A stretch of 64,000 nt of DNA from Chrysomallon squamiferum (lineage: Eukaryota > Animalia > Mollusca): the NCBI GenBank assembly GCA_012295275.1, contig CM022673.1, positions 21,452,001 to 21,516,000 of the forward strand, read 5' to 3'. The translations under genes and the position numbers were made by a program. This document shows, piece after piece, positions 39,568 through 53,700 of the stretch. Positions within the stretch are counted from its first letter, which is position 1. Every line of letters begins with the position of its first letter. A model generated the notes under the pieces. The model was not told where the DNA came from. It worked only from the letters and a program-made list of their open reading frames with translations, and made no database searches.

Positions 39568-42500
39568 ATGGCGGAAAACTTGAGCACACATTTGCACCGA
39601 GAAGTTATTGCAACCAATTCCACCGGTGTGCGATGGAAGGAAATTACAGTTTATAGCGGTATGGCATCATTTATATTAATAATTTACGAGACTCTGCATG
39701 CCGTATGAATAATTTATTAGTTTAATTATTTACTTAGACTCTAAGAATAAGACACTTTAGACTTTAGTTAAGACTGTCTATATATATAAATATAATGTAA
39801 ACAGTGTTGAGTGTAGTCAGTATAGATTGGGTAGTAAATAAGTGTACTATATGAATACGTTTTCAAATTTAATGGAACGGTCATAACTTTCTGAGTTTCT
39901 CTAAGTTCTCTGTGACTTAAATTTTTTATTTATACTTTTTTTTTTGTATTTTTGTGTGTAAAGCGAAAGTACCAATTACCAAGTTTTCTGTGTCATCGAC
40001 ATTTCGTTATTAAAGGTGCTTCAGCAAGTTTACTGCAAGACATTAAAATTCCTGAGAGTTGTGGAGGCTACAGCTACAAAGATAGTGGTTTACCTGGTTC
40101 ACCTGTCTCAAACAGATACATATATTGGTAAGGAAGGAAACTTTTGTTATATTTTATATTGTTTAATATATTTACGTTAATTTTTCAGAAATGATGCTGT
40201 TTCTTTTTAAATTCTAAAATGATATATTGTTGGATGTATGTTTATTTCTAAAATCTATATTCAAAAAGTCTAAACTGATTTCAGGCGAGTGTACAATGAT
40301 GTTGTTGAGTTGGTGGAGGAGTCACTTGATGTTAATATCACATCTAATCACATCCGCTATCGGTTCCAGGACACACCCATACTTGGTGGTTTGTCAATAC
40401 ATGAAGTCCACAACCATGTTGTGCTTCTTGTGGCCACTGTGGCCAGTGTTCACAGGCTTGTCTTTCCTCACCCGGAAGAAATCTGTAGTCAGGTAGTTTT
40501 GTAAAGTCATTCTGTTTCTTATTTTTTGGAAATGTAGTCATATTACTTCTGAAGAAATAATTTCAGTCGTTACTTTGATTCTATGTAAAGATCACTAGTT
40601 GGATTAATAAAATTTTTAATTAATGACCACAAGGATGTACCTTCATTGTAGATTATTTTAAAGTATACCATTGCCTAATAAAAGATCTACCAAAATATTT
40701 TATATCACTAAGTTACTATTTTATTGTGTGGATCACCATTAATTGCTCATGAAACAATAATGTTCTTGGCTAGTCATTCAGTTGTGTTCATGGTGATGCC
40801 TTGACATAGAAATAATGGCAGTTTTGTTTTATTTTGTTATTAATTAAATTTGGATAGAAAAATATCTAATAAAACAACTTTGAACTATGCAGAAATATGA
40901 ACACTGTTTTTGCATATCTTTACAGGAACTCTTTAAATAAATTTATCTTAGTTGCATTCTAATGGTAGATAAAAATATTTTTTGACTTCACATTTTCAGG
41001 ATGCTGCATTGCTGACAAGTGAATCTACGTTTCTGTCTATATTCTGCAATGCTTCATTGTCAGACAAGGCTTATCCGCAGGACAAACACATGTTGAACCC
41101 AAGTGGCAACACCAACTACAACATCTTAACAGCAGCTACATACGTCACTGGTGATGGAGATGCTTTGTTTGCCCTGGGCACCAGCACAGGCAGTTTAATT
41201 CTAGTCAAAATGCTTCCAGTAGGATTTGAAGGTTACAAAAACATTTTGTATGTTCTAGTCAGTGACAGATAAACTATCTTGTGATGTCACTGTTGTGTCA
41301 TTGTTTTGGTGTAAATACATAATATTAATCGTATGACATTAGGTAATTCACTCTTTTAATGTTTATAAATGTTTTTAAATGCTGCCGAAGCTTTGATTTT
41401 GAATTTAATGTAATTAGTGAAATAAATGTTCTGGAATAATGTCACATTTACAATTAAAAATGAAAATATTGGATGCACTCATTCTTTGTTTGAAATTTAG
41501 GTAGTGTTATGCAAAGTGAACTTACACAATCATCTGTGATGCAAAAACTGTGGAAAGGCCTTGTTCCAGTGATGATCAGGTAGAACATTTACTGTCAGAT
41601 GTATATATATTTAATTATTTATATTTTATATTTTTATGTCTTTGTACTGTTTTGTTATTGAAATATTTTAAAACTAGTAAAAATCTGTGTTAATATCAAA
41701 TATCTCCTTGATGATAATTTATAGTCTGGTTATAACATCCCTTAATAATTAAGTGTAAAAAAATATACTTATATACCTTTCACAAAGCAGAAGTTATTTG
41801 GTTGTAATTACGGATTGAGGTCTTGTACTAATTATATTAGCTTTCAAATTTTATGGACTTGATTATCACAATCATCAGATCACGTTAGGCTTCAATAAAC
41901 ATGATTGTATCATAATTGATGATTTTATTTTTAAAAATTTACATTGATGTTCTTTACATTTATGTTGATAAATAGAGGTCAACAGTCAGCTGAATCTGCA
42001 ACATCAATAGACATTCAGCCTCTTAGAGGAGAATTGATTATTTTCTGTGTCTGCAGAGATCATAAACTAAGGTTATGGTCTATAAAGGTCAGTTTAACAT
42101 GTTTTTTATTCAGTAAAAATAATAAAAAGAACCCAAAATGTATAAAATGTGTCTGCAGTTTTATGACATTTTCTCAATGTGCTATGTATAGGTTTGACTT
42201 AGAAATTAATATATTTTAGAATTTTTTTTAAAGATAGTTATTTTAAAACATAATACAGTATTTATTTCATATATTATTTCTGTAATCCACAACTATTTTT
42301 CTGTTTTACTGGAACAGAATCAGGAGTGTGTACTTGTGTTCAATCTACTGGACTGCATGTCTGATGCAGATTATAACACACCACCACTCACCAGCAGTAA
42401 GTAAAATCTGTTACAACTGGCAAAAATGGATATGTATAATTAATATGTATAATTAAGAATGTAAAATCAAAGTAATATTATCTGCTTGCATAACTTATAC

Positions 42501-44471
42501 TCAGTTATATTCTTTTAACTTGAACCTCTCACTTTTTCAAATTCTCAAAAGCCTAGTTGACTTTTGAATGTATCTTCTACTAAGTTGAGACTTAACAAAG
42601 ATGTGAAGTGTTACTAGCTTTTAAAAAAAGGTTTTGTTATATAAATATATGTTGTAAAATTTAACAGATAAATGTAATTGCTGAATGTACTTCTAATTAA
42701 AGGTTGATTCAGTTAGTGTATAATGTGTGTGTGTGTCAGGAGATGATTCAGTGAGAACTAGAGTACATTGATATATTTTATTTTCATACAGCATCTGGCC
42801 ACACAGTTAAGAAAGTACAAACAACCAGTTACTCCAACCTTAGACTTTGTGTTCATCTCAACTTCCCTGGCAGAAACCAGGTTTGTGAATTCTGTGTAAC
42901 AATTCAGTGACGTATTTATTGTTGTATAGAGCTAAATTTTAGAATTGTGCATATGGTTTATACAGAGAAATAAATATATGTTTTAGATCATCAGGTTTGC
43001 TTTTTAACTTCAAAAATGTAACTGACATTTTGACCTTATATTTTGCAGCAAATGATTATTTTTGAAATATTAAGTACTTAAATGTTATTGAATAAAGTTT
43101 AGAAAAGTTTTGCGTCATTTTTGTGACCATTAGCCACATCTAAATTAAAAGACATCACTAATATTAATTATTATTATGTTTTTTAGTTTTGTCTTCTGGA
43201 ACCTCATTTCACAGATAACCGATTCCAAATTGCCAGACTTGTTTCAATTTTTGGACCTTCAGTAAGTATACACAAAATAAATATTGTGGCAGAAGTTAGG
43301 ACCATTAGCTTGGGGTAGCCTATAGTTTTCCATTATATTATTATAATGCTGGAAAAATCAAAATAAAATAACTCTTAATTTCCAGCAAAAATCCCCCACA
43401 AATCCTTTGAGTGAGGGAAATTTTAAATGTTCTAGCAGAAATTAATTATAAATGGTCAGGATACTTATTGAGAAAATGTCAAATATTTCTGTTTTCAAAA
43501 ATGTATATTAATTCCATCATGCTGAGGATGGTTTTGGCATTTTAGTAAAATAAATTAATCAGTGAAAAATAGTGGACACACCTATTGTCATAAATAATTA
43601 TATATTTGTTTATTACAGGAAGATCTGGTGGATTATTGCATTGCATCAAAAAAACTGTTCTCATTATGGACAAGTTCATCTGGAGAAACGATTCTCCGGG
43701 CAACCTCACTCTCATCGTTAGTTATTTCTTTGTTTATTTGTACTACGAAAATTCAAATAAAATGTTTATTATATTTTAAAACATTTGAATCATTTGTTTT
43801 AATGTCATGTGTAATTTTAAAGTGCTGCAGTGTATGATATACAGATTAGGTGCATTTTCTAAATATTTATTTATGAGCAAGAATTGAAAAAAGTTCATTA
43901 AAGTTCAATAAGAAATCAATAAAAATATGTGCTTCAACTTATTTAACCAGAGATGTATTTTTGTTTGTGTGTGTATATGTAATTATCCATCTGTTCATTC
44001 TTATGATTGTGTGATTTTATGTGTGGATTTACCCCTGCTGACGCATACATCTTAACTTCTGGTACATCTTTCTATATTTAAATTTGTTCTGTATGTTCCA
44101 GTGATCATTCTGAAGGGGAAAGATGGATTGATGTCTTGCTGCAGCCACATGAAATTGCAGAAATCCTCATACCACCGTTTCGAGATCCAAGAGATGTTTA
44201 TTTAGAACGTATATTTCAGCCAGGCAGATTCAGCAGTCAGGATCTCTGCAAAGCCTTAAATGTAGGGTCCTGTTTTACAAATAATCTTTTAAAAAAAGTA
44301 AACAGGCAGGGGTAGATGAGAGATTAAGATATATAAATGATAAGACAAGTTAGAGAATTAACCAGGAAGCAGATATAATAATGTGGATGCATTTAATCCT
44401 TAGGTCTAAGTCAGGGAAATATTATTAATGTACACCATTACGGATAAAATTATGTGCCACATAAATGGTCT

Positions 44472-44504
<33 letters not shown>

Positions 44505-47500
44505 CTGCTGTATGCTGTTTTTCTGTATGCCAGGTATATAGAAGATCCTTGGACATGTCTGTCCAGCCAGACTCTGTTGTCAGTGTTGCAAGTCTGAGAG
44601 AAGATGTCGTAGCAGCTGTAGAGTCAGAGGTGTGTTCTTGAGTCATAACTTTGCAGAGTACATTTACTGTTAGCTTAGAGCTACTTAACCATGTTTTGGT
44701 TTGCTTCTTGCAAGTTTAAGCAAGATGTATGTTTTTTTAAATCAAAGCAGATATTTTAATAATTTGCCAGCAGTAGTTTATAATCATTATTTTTTTATTT
44801 TAATTATTGTTGTATGCTAGACTTACTGACTTCAATAGTATTTTAATAATAACTAGAAGCAGGTACTTACTTTTTGCTCTGTCTTGTTAAATTATAACTG
44901 AGAAATTCCATTAATACTAATTATTTGGATAAATTTATAATGTTCAGATACGTAACTGTGCCATGGATTATGAAATTCAAGAAGATGAATACTACCAGCT
45001 GCAGCTGGAGCAATGGACCAAGTTTTACTCTTGCTGCATCCAGTATCAGGAGGTATATTTACTCTGACCCTTCTGAGAATTTATTTTTTGATATTAATTT
45101 AAATACATTCTTCTAAATAAATGAAAAAAGAAAATATTAGTTTGTTAATATTAGTATTTTAAGCAAAATTCTTACATTTTGTAATTGAAATAGTTTGTTG
45201 TTTCAGTAAAACTGATTATACATCTACATATATCAAATATTTTAAACACTAACATTTCTTTACTAAGGTTGGAGCAAAAGTAAAAGGCCTTTTTTCCAGC
45301 AACACAACAGGTTTAGTTGGACTGATCAAGAAGGTAACTCTGATTTTATTTTATTTTATTTTTTTAAATGAGTACAAGGTTCAGTTTTTTTTCCCCTTCA
45401 GTTATTATTATTATTTTATTTTATTTTAATTCAAAAGGATGTTCAAATTTACATAATGATGTTCTTGTAATTTGAAGTGATAATGTGATTGTATGTAGTT
45501 TAATAATTAAATAAACTTCAAAATCCAGATATTTGAGTGATACAGTTTGATATATTCAGTATGTTAATTAAATTCAGGATTCTTTGAGCTACATTCGACC
45601 TTGTGATAAACTTGAAGAGATGTATCTTTTGTCATCTGGCTGTCTGTCACCACTTGATTTGGAAGATATTAATATGACTGTTGAAGGTACTGAGACATAT
45701 CATTTTGTTGCCTCATTTATTACATTGTTAATGTGTACATTTTGAAGGGCTTCATGCTGTCAGATACTTGTGTCTTTGTGTTTGACTGAAAAATGAAAGC
45801 TTTAATTTATATATTTAATTCTAATGATTTATTAATAAAGAATTATCTAAACTGAATGTAGAGTTTTAGCACCTGTTAATAAAGAGATGTATTTTTTATG
45901 CTTAGCTATAAAAGTAAATTATTTTATGCAGTTGTTATTAAAGACTGTGAAGATCTATATTATCTGGATGTTTTCTTAACCTGTTTACAATTATGAAGAT
46001 TTATATTATCTCATAGTTTTATGAATCTGTTAACAGTTGTGAATGTCTGTACTTGCAGATTATTCCTTACGTCAAGATATCAAACAGATCTGTGACTGCG
46101 TGTGTCTCATCAGAGAAGCAATGACAGATGAAATGTGTGAGCAGTTTGAGGCTGATCTGATGATGATGGAACAATCAAAATGTTTGGCTGAAAAAGTTAC
46201 AGACTACTTGTTTTGCAACACCAGGTATACAGTAATGACAGTTGACAACCAAGATATTATACATAACTCATTTTGTTCACAGTAGTTCCCTACTGAGTGG
46301 AGAAGTGGGTTTCTTTTCTGATTCTCCATACAGAAGATGTAAGACTACATTAAAAAAAAAATGATGATTTTACGAAACACTGAAATTTAGAATTCTAAAA
46401 TTCAAGCGATCTATATGTAATATTAAGAAATTAATATTTGACATAATCATGTCTCTGTGGTGTTTACAATGCAGTATTTTGTTTATTGTAACAGTGGTAA
46501 CTGTTTGGATCACTATGTCATACCACGACTTCAGGATGTTCGTAACCTTGTCCCTGCACTTGAGGTTCTTCTGAGAATGCTGGACTTACAGCCCAACAGT
46601 GAAGAAGAGGAGGATATGGAAGATTCAGGTAGAGCTATCATTATACTATACATTTAAACATTTGTCAAAATAAAGTATCCCCATGCATTTGAAAAACATT
46701 TCCCTTTATTTTATATTTTTATCCTTTCATTTTTATTTGTTTTTGTAGTTAACATTATGTATGTTTTCCAATTTAAGGATTTTGAAAATATTAGGAGATC
46801 CTGATGAACATTTAATTTTATTTGTTATTAAAATAACAAAAAATTCATTTTATTTCCAGACTACAAAATGGGTAAGAAATTAAGTCTTTCAAATTTAATT
46901 TGTTCTGTTGTATTTCACAATTTCATTTGTTGTAAATGTTGAACAGTTGTTTTATAAATTTCAAGTAGGTTTTTTTTATATTATTTTAATAAAAATCTCA
47001 CATTTGTTTTTAGCACTGTTTTGTCCTAGATTATTATAGTATTTAATTTCAGTTTAAATTGCTTTTAATTTAAAAAAAATTAAACTTTAATTAACCAAAA
47101 TTAGCTTGGATTCACTACTTTATATTAACACATCATTGCATCCATTTCATTTAATATTTTAGACTTAGAAATCAAAAATCGTAATAAGAATTGATGAAAA
47201 ATAAAGAAAAAGATAAATGAAAGTCAGTTTTAATAGTTTCAAGTGGGCTGTTTTTGTTTGAGTTCATATATTTTATTTTATTCTATGAAAGATGTTAAAA
47301 GCTATTAAAATGTAGGTTAAAACTAAAATAACAGGTTATTAAATTTTCATTTCTTTTTTATGTTCCTATTAATTTCTAAACATTTTTTGGTTTTCTATGA
47401 AAAATACTTATTTTTCTATTAGTAAATTTTGATATATTTTTGTTTCAGATGTTGGTGCTTCTCGGCAGCTACATTGTAATCATTTGTTCACTGGCTCCAT

Positions 47501-47675
47501 AGCTTCAACTGTTTTGTCTCGTGTTCTGGAACAGATGTCAAAAACTAGACTAGCTTTCTCAAGAGACTTGCTTATTTTACAGTGTGCCATTGTTAGGCTG
47601 GATGATCCAGTTAGTTGTTTTTCTTTATCTAAATTGTTTATTATTCTTTTAATATTATTACCCAGTATCTATTGA

Positions 47676-47728
<53 letters not shown>

Positions 47729-50700
47729 GTCTGTCTGTCTCTCTCTCTCTGTCTCTGTCTCTCAATCAAAACAAAAAAAAGTGAGTGAAACAGTCTTTGT
47801 TTATGGAAAAAAATAATTTTAAAACATATTTTAGTGTGGGATAAGTCCTGCCATTACAAATAAAATCAAGTCACATCTGATGTACGAGACATCAAATCTT
47901 GTCCAGAGTTATCTTCTCCTGGTGTGGGCGTCTCAGACAGTTGCAGTTAGCAACCAGACTAGTACACTGTGAGTTTTATTAGTTTGATATTCATTGATTG
48001 CTAATAAATTAATGAATATTTCTTACTTATATTAATTTATCTAAATATGTTTTGTGATCTGTATAAATTAATTTTCAAATATTTGATATAAAGCCTACAC
48101 TTTGAGGTCTATCATCAGTGACTGAAATAAGTAATAATTCTTTTATGTGTCAGTTTCCTGCAGATTTTTGAAACATATTTATTTTGTAATTGCATATCTT
48201 AAGTATATATATTTCATATACATCTTTGTACTTCCAATTAATAATGATAGTAATTCTATGGCATTTCATAAAGGTATAGATTAAACATGTAATAAAGTTA
48301 AATTTTAATTATATTTCAGTGAACTCAACACAAGACAGCTTGCTGCTTTGGAAATCACTGATAATGCTGGAACTGTCTACCCAAAGCAAGGTTGAATACT
48401 TTTAAAAATCCATATCATACAAAAGAATAAAAAAAAATATTTTTGATTAACCAAACAGTCGAGGGTTTCAAATACATTCTTTTATTTGTTAAGTTGATTA
48501 AGAAATGGATTATAAAAAAACTGCATAAAAGAAACATTTTGTCGTCAGTTTATTTTCAAAGAAATTTATTGAAAATGTGTAATAACATGGAATACTAATT
48601 TAATCCATTATCATTTGTTTTTTTAGGACTGACTGAGACCACTCTGGCAGAGCTGTTTATCCAGGGAGTGGGTGGGGCTCATGCTCGTTCACTTCTAGCA
48701 CAATGTTCACTTATGGAAAGAGAACCAAAGATGATGTGGACACAGGTTCTTGTCCCACTAGTCGGCATTATAGCAAAAGTTTTGTATCCTTTACATTTTA
48801 ATAATGTGAAATAGTATGTAAGACATTTGCAGAGGTGTCCTATTCCTGAAATCCAAATATAAATCCACAGTAAAAATATTTCCTTGAACCCACTAATTTT
48901 AAGGAAAGAAAACACAAAAATAAATTTAAAATCTTTAAAATAAAATATGCATCTACAGCAGAAGAAAGCAGGGAAATTATTGCCAGGAACAGCTAACTTG
49001 TAGTGGAAGGTAATTAGCTGTTACATCCATCCACTCTTTATTATTCACTGTTTTCTTTAACCTGTGTTAAGATGGCCAGTTGGTGACTTTTTATTTCCTG
49101 GGTTTCTGGTGAAGACATGTCAGTACCTGCACTTACAAGAATATGTCCGTCTGCTGTCAGGATGGTGTACATTCCATGCTGCATCTCGCTGTTTTCTTCT
49201 TGGATTGTGTTATCTCCACTTTGAGTCAGTTTTGGTTTTCTCATTTTTGCTTTTTAAATTTTACATCTTTGCCTTTAATTTGAAATCGAAATTGAATTTT
49301 TTTCTTTTATTTATTATATTATTATTTTGTTATAAAAATTCAGTATCCAATTATAGTTTATTTTTTAAATTTGATTTTAAGACAAAATAATATGTATGTT
49401 GTCGACATTTCATATTGAAAAATTTAGGCTGTTTCCTATCTGCTAATGCCATACCTCTGTTTATAAAAAGGATCTTTTTATGCATTCCTATCAGTGGAAC
49501 AGTGCTAGTAACATATCAGTTGGTGTTAATCATAACTGTCTCACTGAAGGGCATCCGAGGAACTACTGTTGTATCAGTATCAAAACCGTTCTTAAGTTTG
49601 GAAACAGTTAACTTACAAATCATTAAACAAGTCATTCATGTAGTCAAATATAAGAAAAAAGTGTTTATTTATTGTTTTCCTTTTCACTGATTTCAGTTGT
49701 GAAATGTTATCTCTAAAATGAAATTTTGTTTTTCCTCCAGTGAACCTCACAAAGCAGCTGAGAGTTTCATGCAGGCAAGCAGTGGAATTGGTGTTGATAT
49801 GTTTCTCACAGAAAAACTCCTACAAGCAGAAGATTACAACTTTGAAAGACAAGAAGTCTTGTATTTCTTGAAGGTAACCTTTGTTAAACTAGCACTGAGA
49901 AGCCAAACAAACACATTTTGCCAATTTTTTTGTTTTCTTTTATTTCAAGTGATAGTTTATGATTAACAAAATATGACACAAATACACTGTTGATGGCTCA
50001 AGCAATTTTACTGCTTATCAAAAAATTACTTTGGAAACATACCTCAATCAAATGAAGAAAGTGGAAATCTGTTTTCCTTAGCATTAAAAAGTGAAAGGAT
50101 AACATATTTAATACTAAACAATATCTATTTTGAAACTCAAATCTTTAGATTAACTTGATGGTTTTGAAGTCTGTTGTGAATCAAAAGTTTTAGTGTTTTT
50201 ATGGTGTTTATTTATCTTTGGTCAATTCTAATTTAATTTATTTTACTTTATTTACCTGGCTGCTTGATTGTCTACCTTCCTAATTTTACAAAATGTTCTT
50301 TTTATTTATTTGTTTTCTTTATTCTTGAATTTCTTTGACAAGTTTGGTTCAGATATTTAAAACATATAATGATAAACTGTAAAAATCCTATCTAGTGATA
50401 TGAAATTGGAAAGCAAAACATAAATTCTGTATATTTGTGTTTCAGGTTATTAAACAGTTTGAAGAGTTTCAGTTGCCTGACATTGTAATCGAACTTGCTC
50501 ATGCAGCAATTGGTCATGCCTTGAATGACGATCCTAATCTGGTAATTATATTAATTCAAATCATTACTTCTAAAGTTTGTTTGGGTGTAACTTATATCAA
50601 AATCTTGTATTGTCTTCGTTAAATGTTTATAAGATTTCATTTAGCAACTGTAATGAAATTAACAAAACATACATTTTGTTATTACTAATGCAACATTTTT

Positions 50701-53700
50701 TTATTTAAAATCTGTATCTCTCTTGTTGCCATTTGCTTTTTCTTCCTTTGTGTAATTTTTTTTTATTGTTTTATTTCAGCCTACTTTGTGGTCTAAAGTT
50801 TTCAAATATCACCTAGAATTGGGTCATAACTATGAGGCATATGAAGCAATGATAGCTAATCCTGACCCATTGAGGTTTGTTTGTTTTCTCTTTTCCTTTT
50901 TTTTTTTCAATTTTTCTACACAAACCAATCACATTTTCCATTAAAACTGAATTATTTTTAGCTGCTAAATAAATTAAGAAAAAAAAATCAATTGATCCAA
51001 AGTAATAATATTCATTTGTTGCCAAATGCTTTTGATTGCCAAAGTGTGTGAACTTAAATAATTAAAAGTGTCAGTCACTTATAAATACTTTATTTTATTT
51101 TGAAGATGTAAATAAGTGCCTTTAGTATTTGATTTTATTTCTTGTTTTTTGTGTGTGTTTTTTTTCAGAAGAAAAGATTGTCTTCGTCAGCTGCTTGTTG
51201 TTCTTTGTGAAAGAGGTGATCTGGAAGCAGTTGTAGAGTTTACATATGTTGACCTGGAAGAAGAGGTTTATTGATTTCAGTATTTCCCTACTTTAAATTT
51301 TAAATAAATATAAAAAAGAATTTTTATTTTTTTTTTTTTTATCTTTTCAGAATTAAAATCATAATATTCACTTAAAAAATTTTGTATACTTTGGGTAAAT
51401 GTACAGAATGTATCCTGTTGGATAGAAATTAGAAATTTTCTTTATTTTATTTTTTTTTAATTTAAGAAATTACCTTTATCATGTATATATTTTCAGGTGG
51501 TGTCCATCTTAGAGAATCGAGCACGCTCAGTGGACTTGGCTACCCACAACTACTACAACCTGCTGTATTCTTTTCATGTCTACAGAAACAATTTTCGCAA
51601 AGGTTACTTACTGAATTAAATATTTAACTTTTTTATTCATCATTTTTATTTTTAATTATTGTCTAGTGTTAAAACAAATATATGTAACAGTTTACTCTTC
51701 ATCATTATCATCTACATCACTGTAATTATTATCATTTCTGTTGGTGTTATGATTATTGTTATTGTTATATCACTATTTTTATTATTGCAGCTGGGAGAGT
51801 GATGTTTGAACATGGGAAGAGACTTGGGTATGAGTTGCCAGGATTGAAGGGTCTCCAGCGACAGGCTCAGTGTTATCTTGCTGCTCTGAATGCTCTCCGA
51901 CTTGTAAAACCTGAATATGCCTGGATAGTTAAACCTGCACCATTATCCAAATGCAAACCAGTAAGTTAAAATCTTTTAAAATAAACATACAAAACTACAG
52001 AAATGTTTATTTGAATTTGTATTCCATGTCTGTCTAAGTTGGATAGTATTTGTGTTCATGAGATATGCACTTATTTTATGAATGTGTCAGATGCAATAAG
52101 TTTGAAGTAAAATAAATAGTACCGACTAAAGACTGCATTTTCCAAAGTTAAATTTTATTTTCTCATATTTCTTTCTTAAGACATATATCTAATTAGCTGA
52201 ACATACTATTTGTTTTTAATTTTTGTTTCAGATTGATTATGAAAGTCCAGAACATTCACCAAAACATAATCTTGATGGAGAAAGAAAACCTGAACAACCA
52301 TGTCAGTTATTATTAAATTTACTAAATTGGAAATTAATATTTGATATATTACTTTATTGTGTAAATAAAATTTTTGTTGTAGTATTTACTGTTTAAAGAG
52401 AAGAAATAGAAGATCAAAGCCATTTTTGTCATCTTTTACAATTCAGATGAAATGTTAAATATTTACTTACAATAAAGACTAGACAATCATTCAGTTAGAC
52501 AATTAAAAAAAAATTAATATTTGATATTTAGTTGGTCAGAAGATGGAGATACTAGAACTTGCAGACATTGAAAAAGAATTCATGTTAGTGGATGCTCGAC
52601 TGCGCCTTGCAAGACTTGATCATGATCCTTCTGCTACATCTGGTAATGAAATTTTAAATTTCAAGAAATATTATATTTATATTTATATAGCTGAAAAGTT
52701 AACAAAGATTTTTATGTCCATAAAAAGGATGTATTGCAGATACAAATTTTTGGAGGTTTTTTTTTTTTGTTTTTATTGGGTTTTTTTTATTTTATTTAAT
52801 ATTTCTCTGAAGAAAGAGGACATACCAGGACCATTCCTCTGCAAACCACACATTGATTTAAATGTGTCTTTTTGAGTGTGTTTTTGTCACATATAAAGAC
52901 TGTAATGACAATTTTTTCAGTCTGTAGGAAAATCCATCTAAAAAGATAAATTACCCACAAAATGGCAGCCATCAAAATTACAATAAAAATGTAATAGCTT
53001 AATAAAGATGGCGGATGTTTTTTTGAACAGGTCCTACTGCTGGTGCTGATGAAATGGTGGGACTACTAGTGAATGCTGGATTGTTTGACAGAGCTGTGAT
53101 TCTTGCACAGGGCTTCAGTCTGCCTCTTAACACTATCTTTGAAAATCTGGCACTGAGGTTGGTTTTTTTGTCACATTTTTGCCTTTGCATTTAATATGAT
53201 TTTTATCTGTTTTTCTATATTTTCATAAAAACATTGGTGAATACATAACATTTATAACAGTGAATTAAAAAAAAAAACTTTACAATTTGTGATATTTTTA
53301 ATGATACATTTTTTGTTTTGAGTGTTGCATGATATGAGATGGTGTAAGTTTTCATTTATTACTTGCTTACAGATGTGTGAATCTGGCCAAGAACTGTTCA
53401 TACTTCATGATTGGTGATAATGACTATACCTCTGAAGCCTGGGAGTGGCTGCAGCAACAAGATATCTCTGATCAAGTTGTGTCCAAAGACAGCAGGTACT
53501 GTCCCAAAATGAACATTTAAAATTATAACTTATTATTTCAGAGGGTGGGGTTGGTGAGGCATTAAATTGTTTCATTATTGATTTTTCAGATGGAAGTTCA
53601 TTTTAAATGTTAATTTAATTTTAATTTTATTCAAAGAATTGATATATATAATTAAGGATTTGCTAAAACATTTTTTAAAACATATTTAAGTAAATTAGAT

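Noticed and set aside
45971-45980. TTTTCTTAAC as a second U12 branch site in NUP160
   Set aside because: The donor of this intron is GTACTG (not U12) and the motif is about 80 nt from the acceptor.
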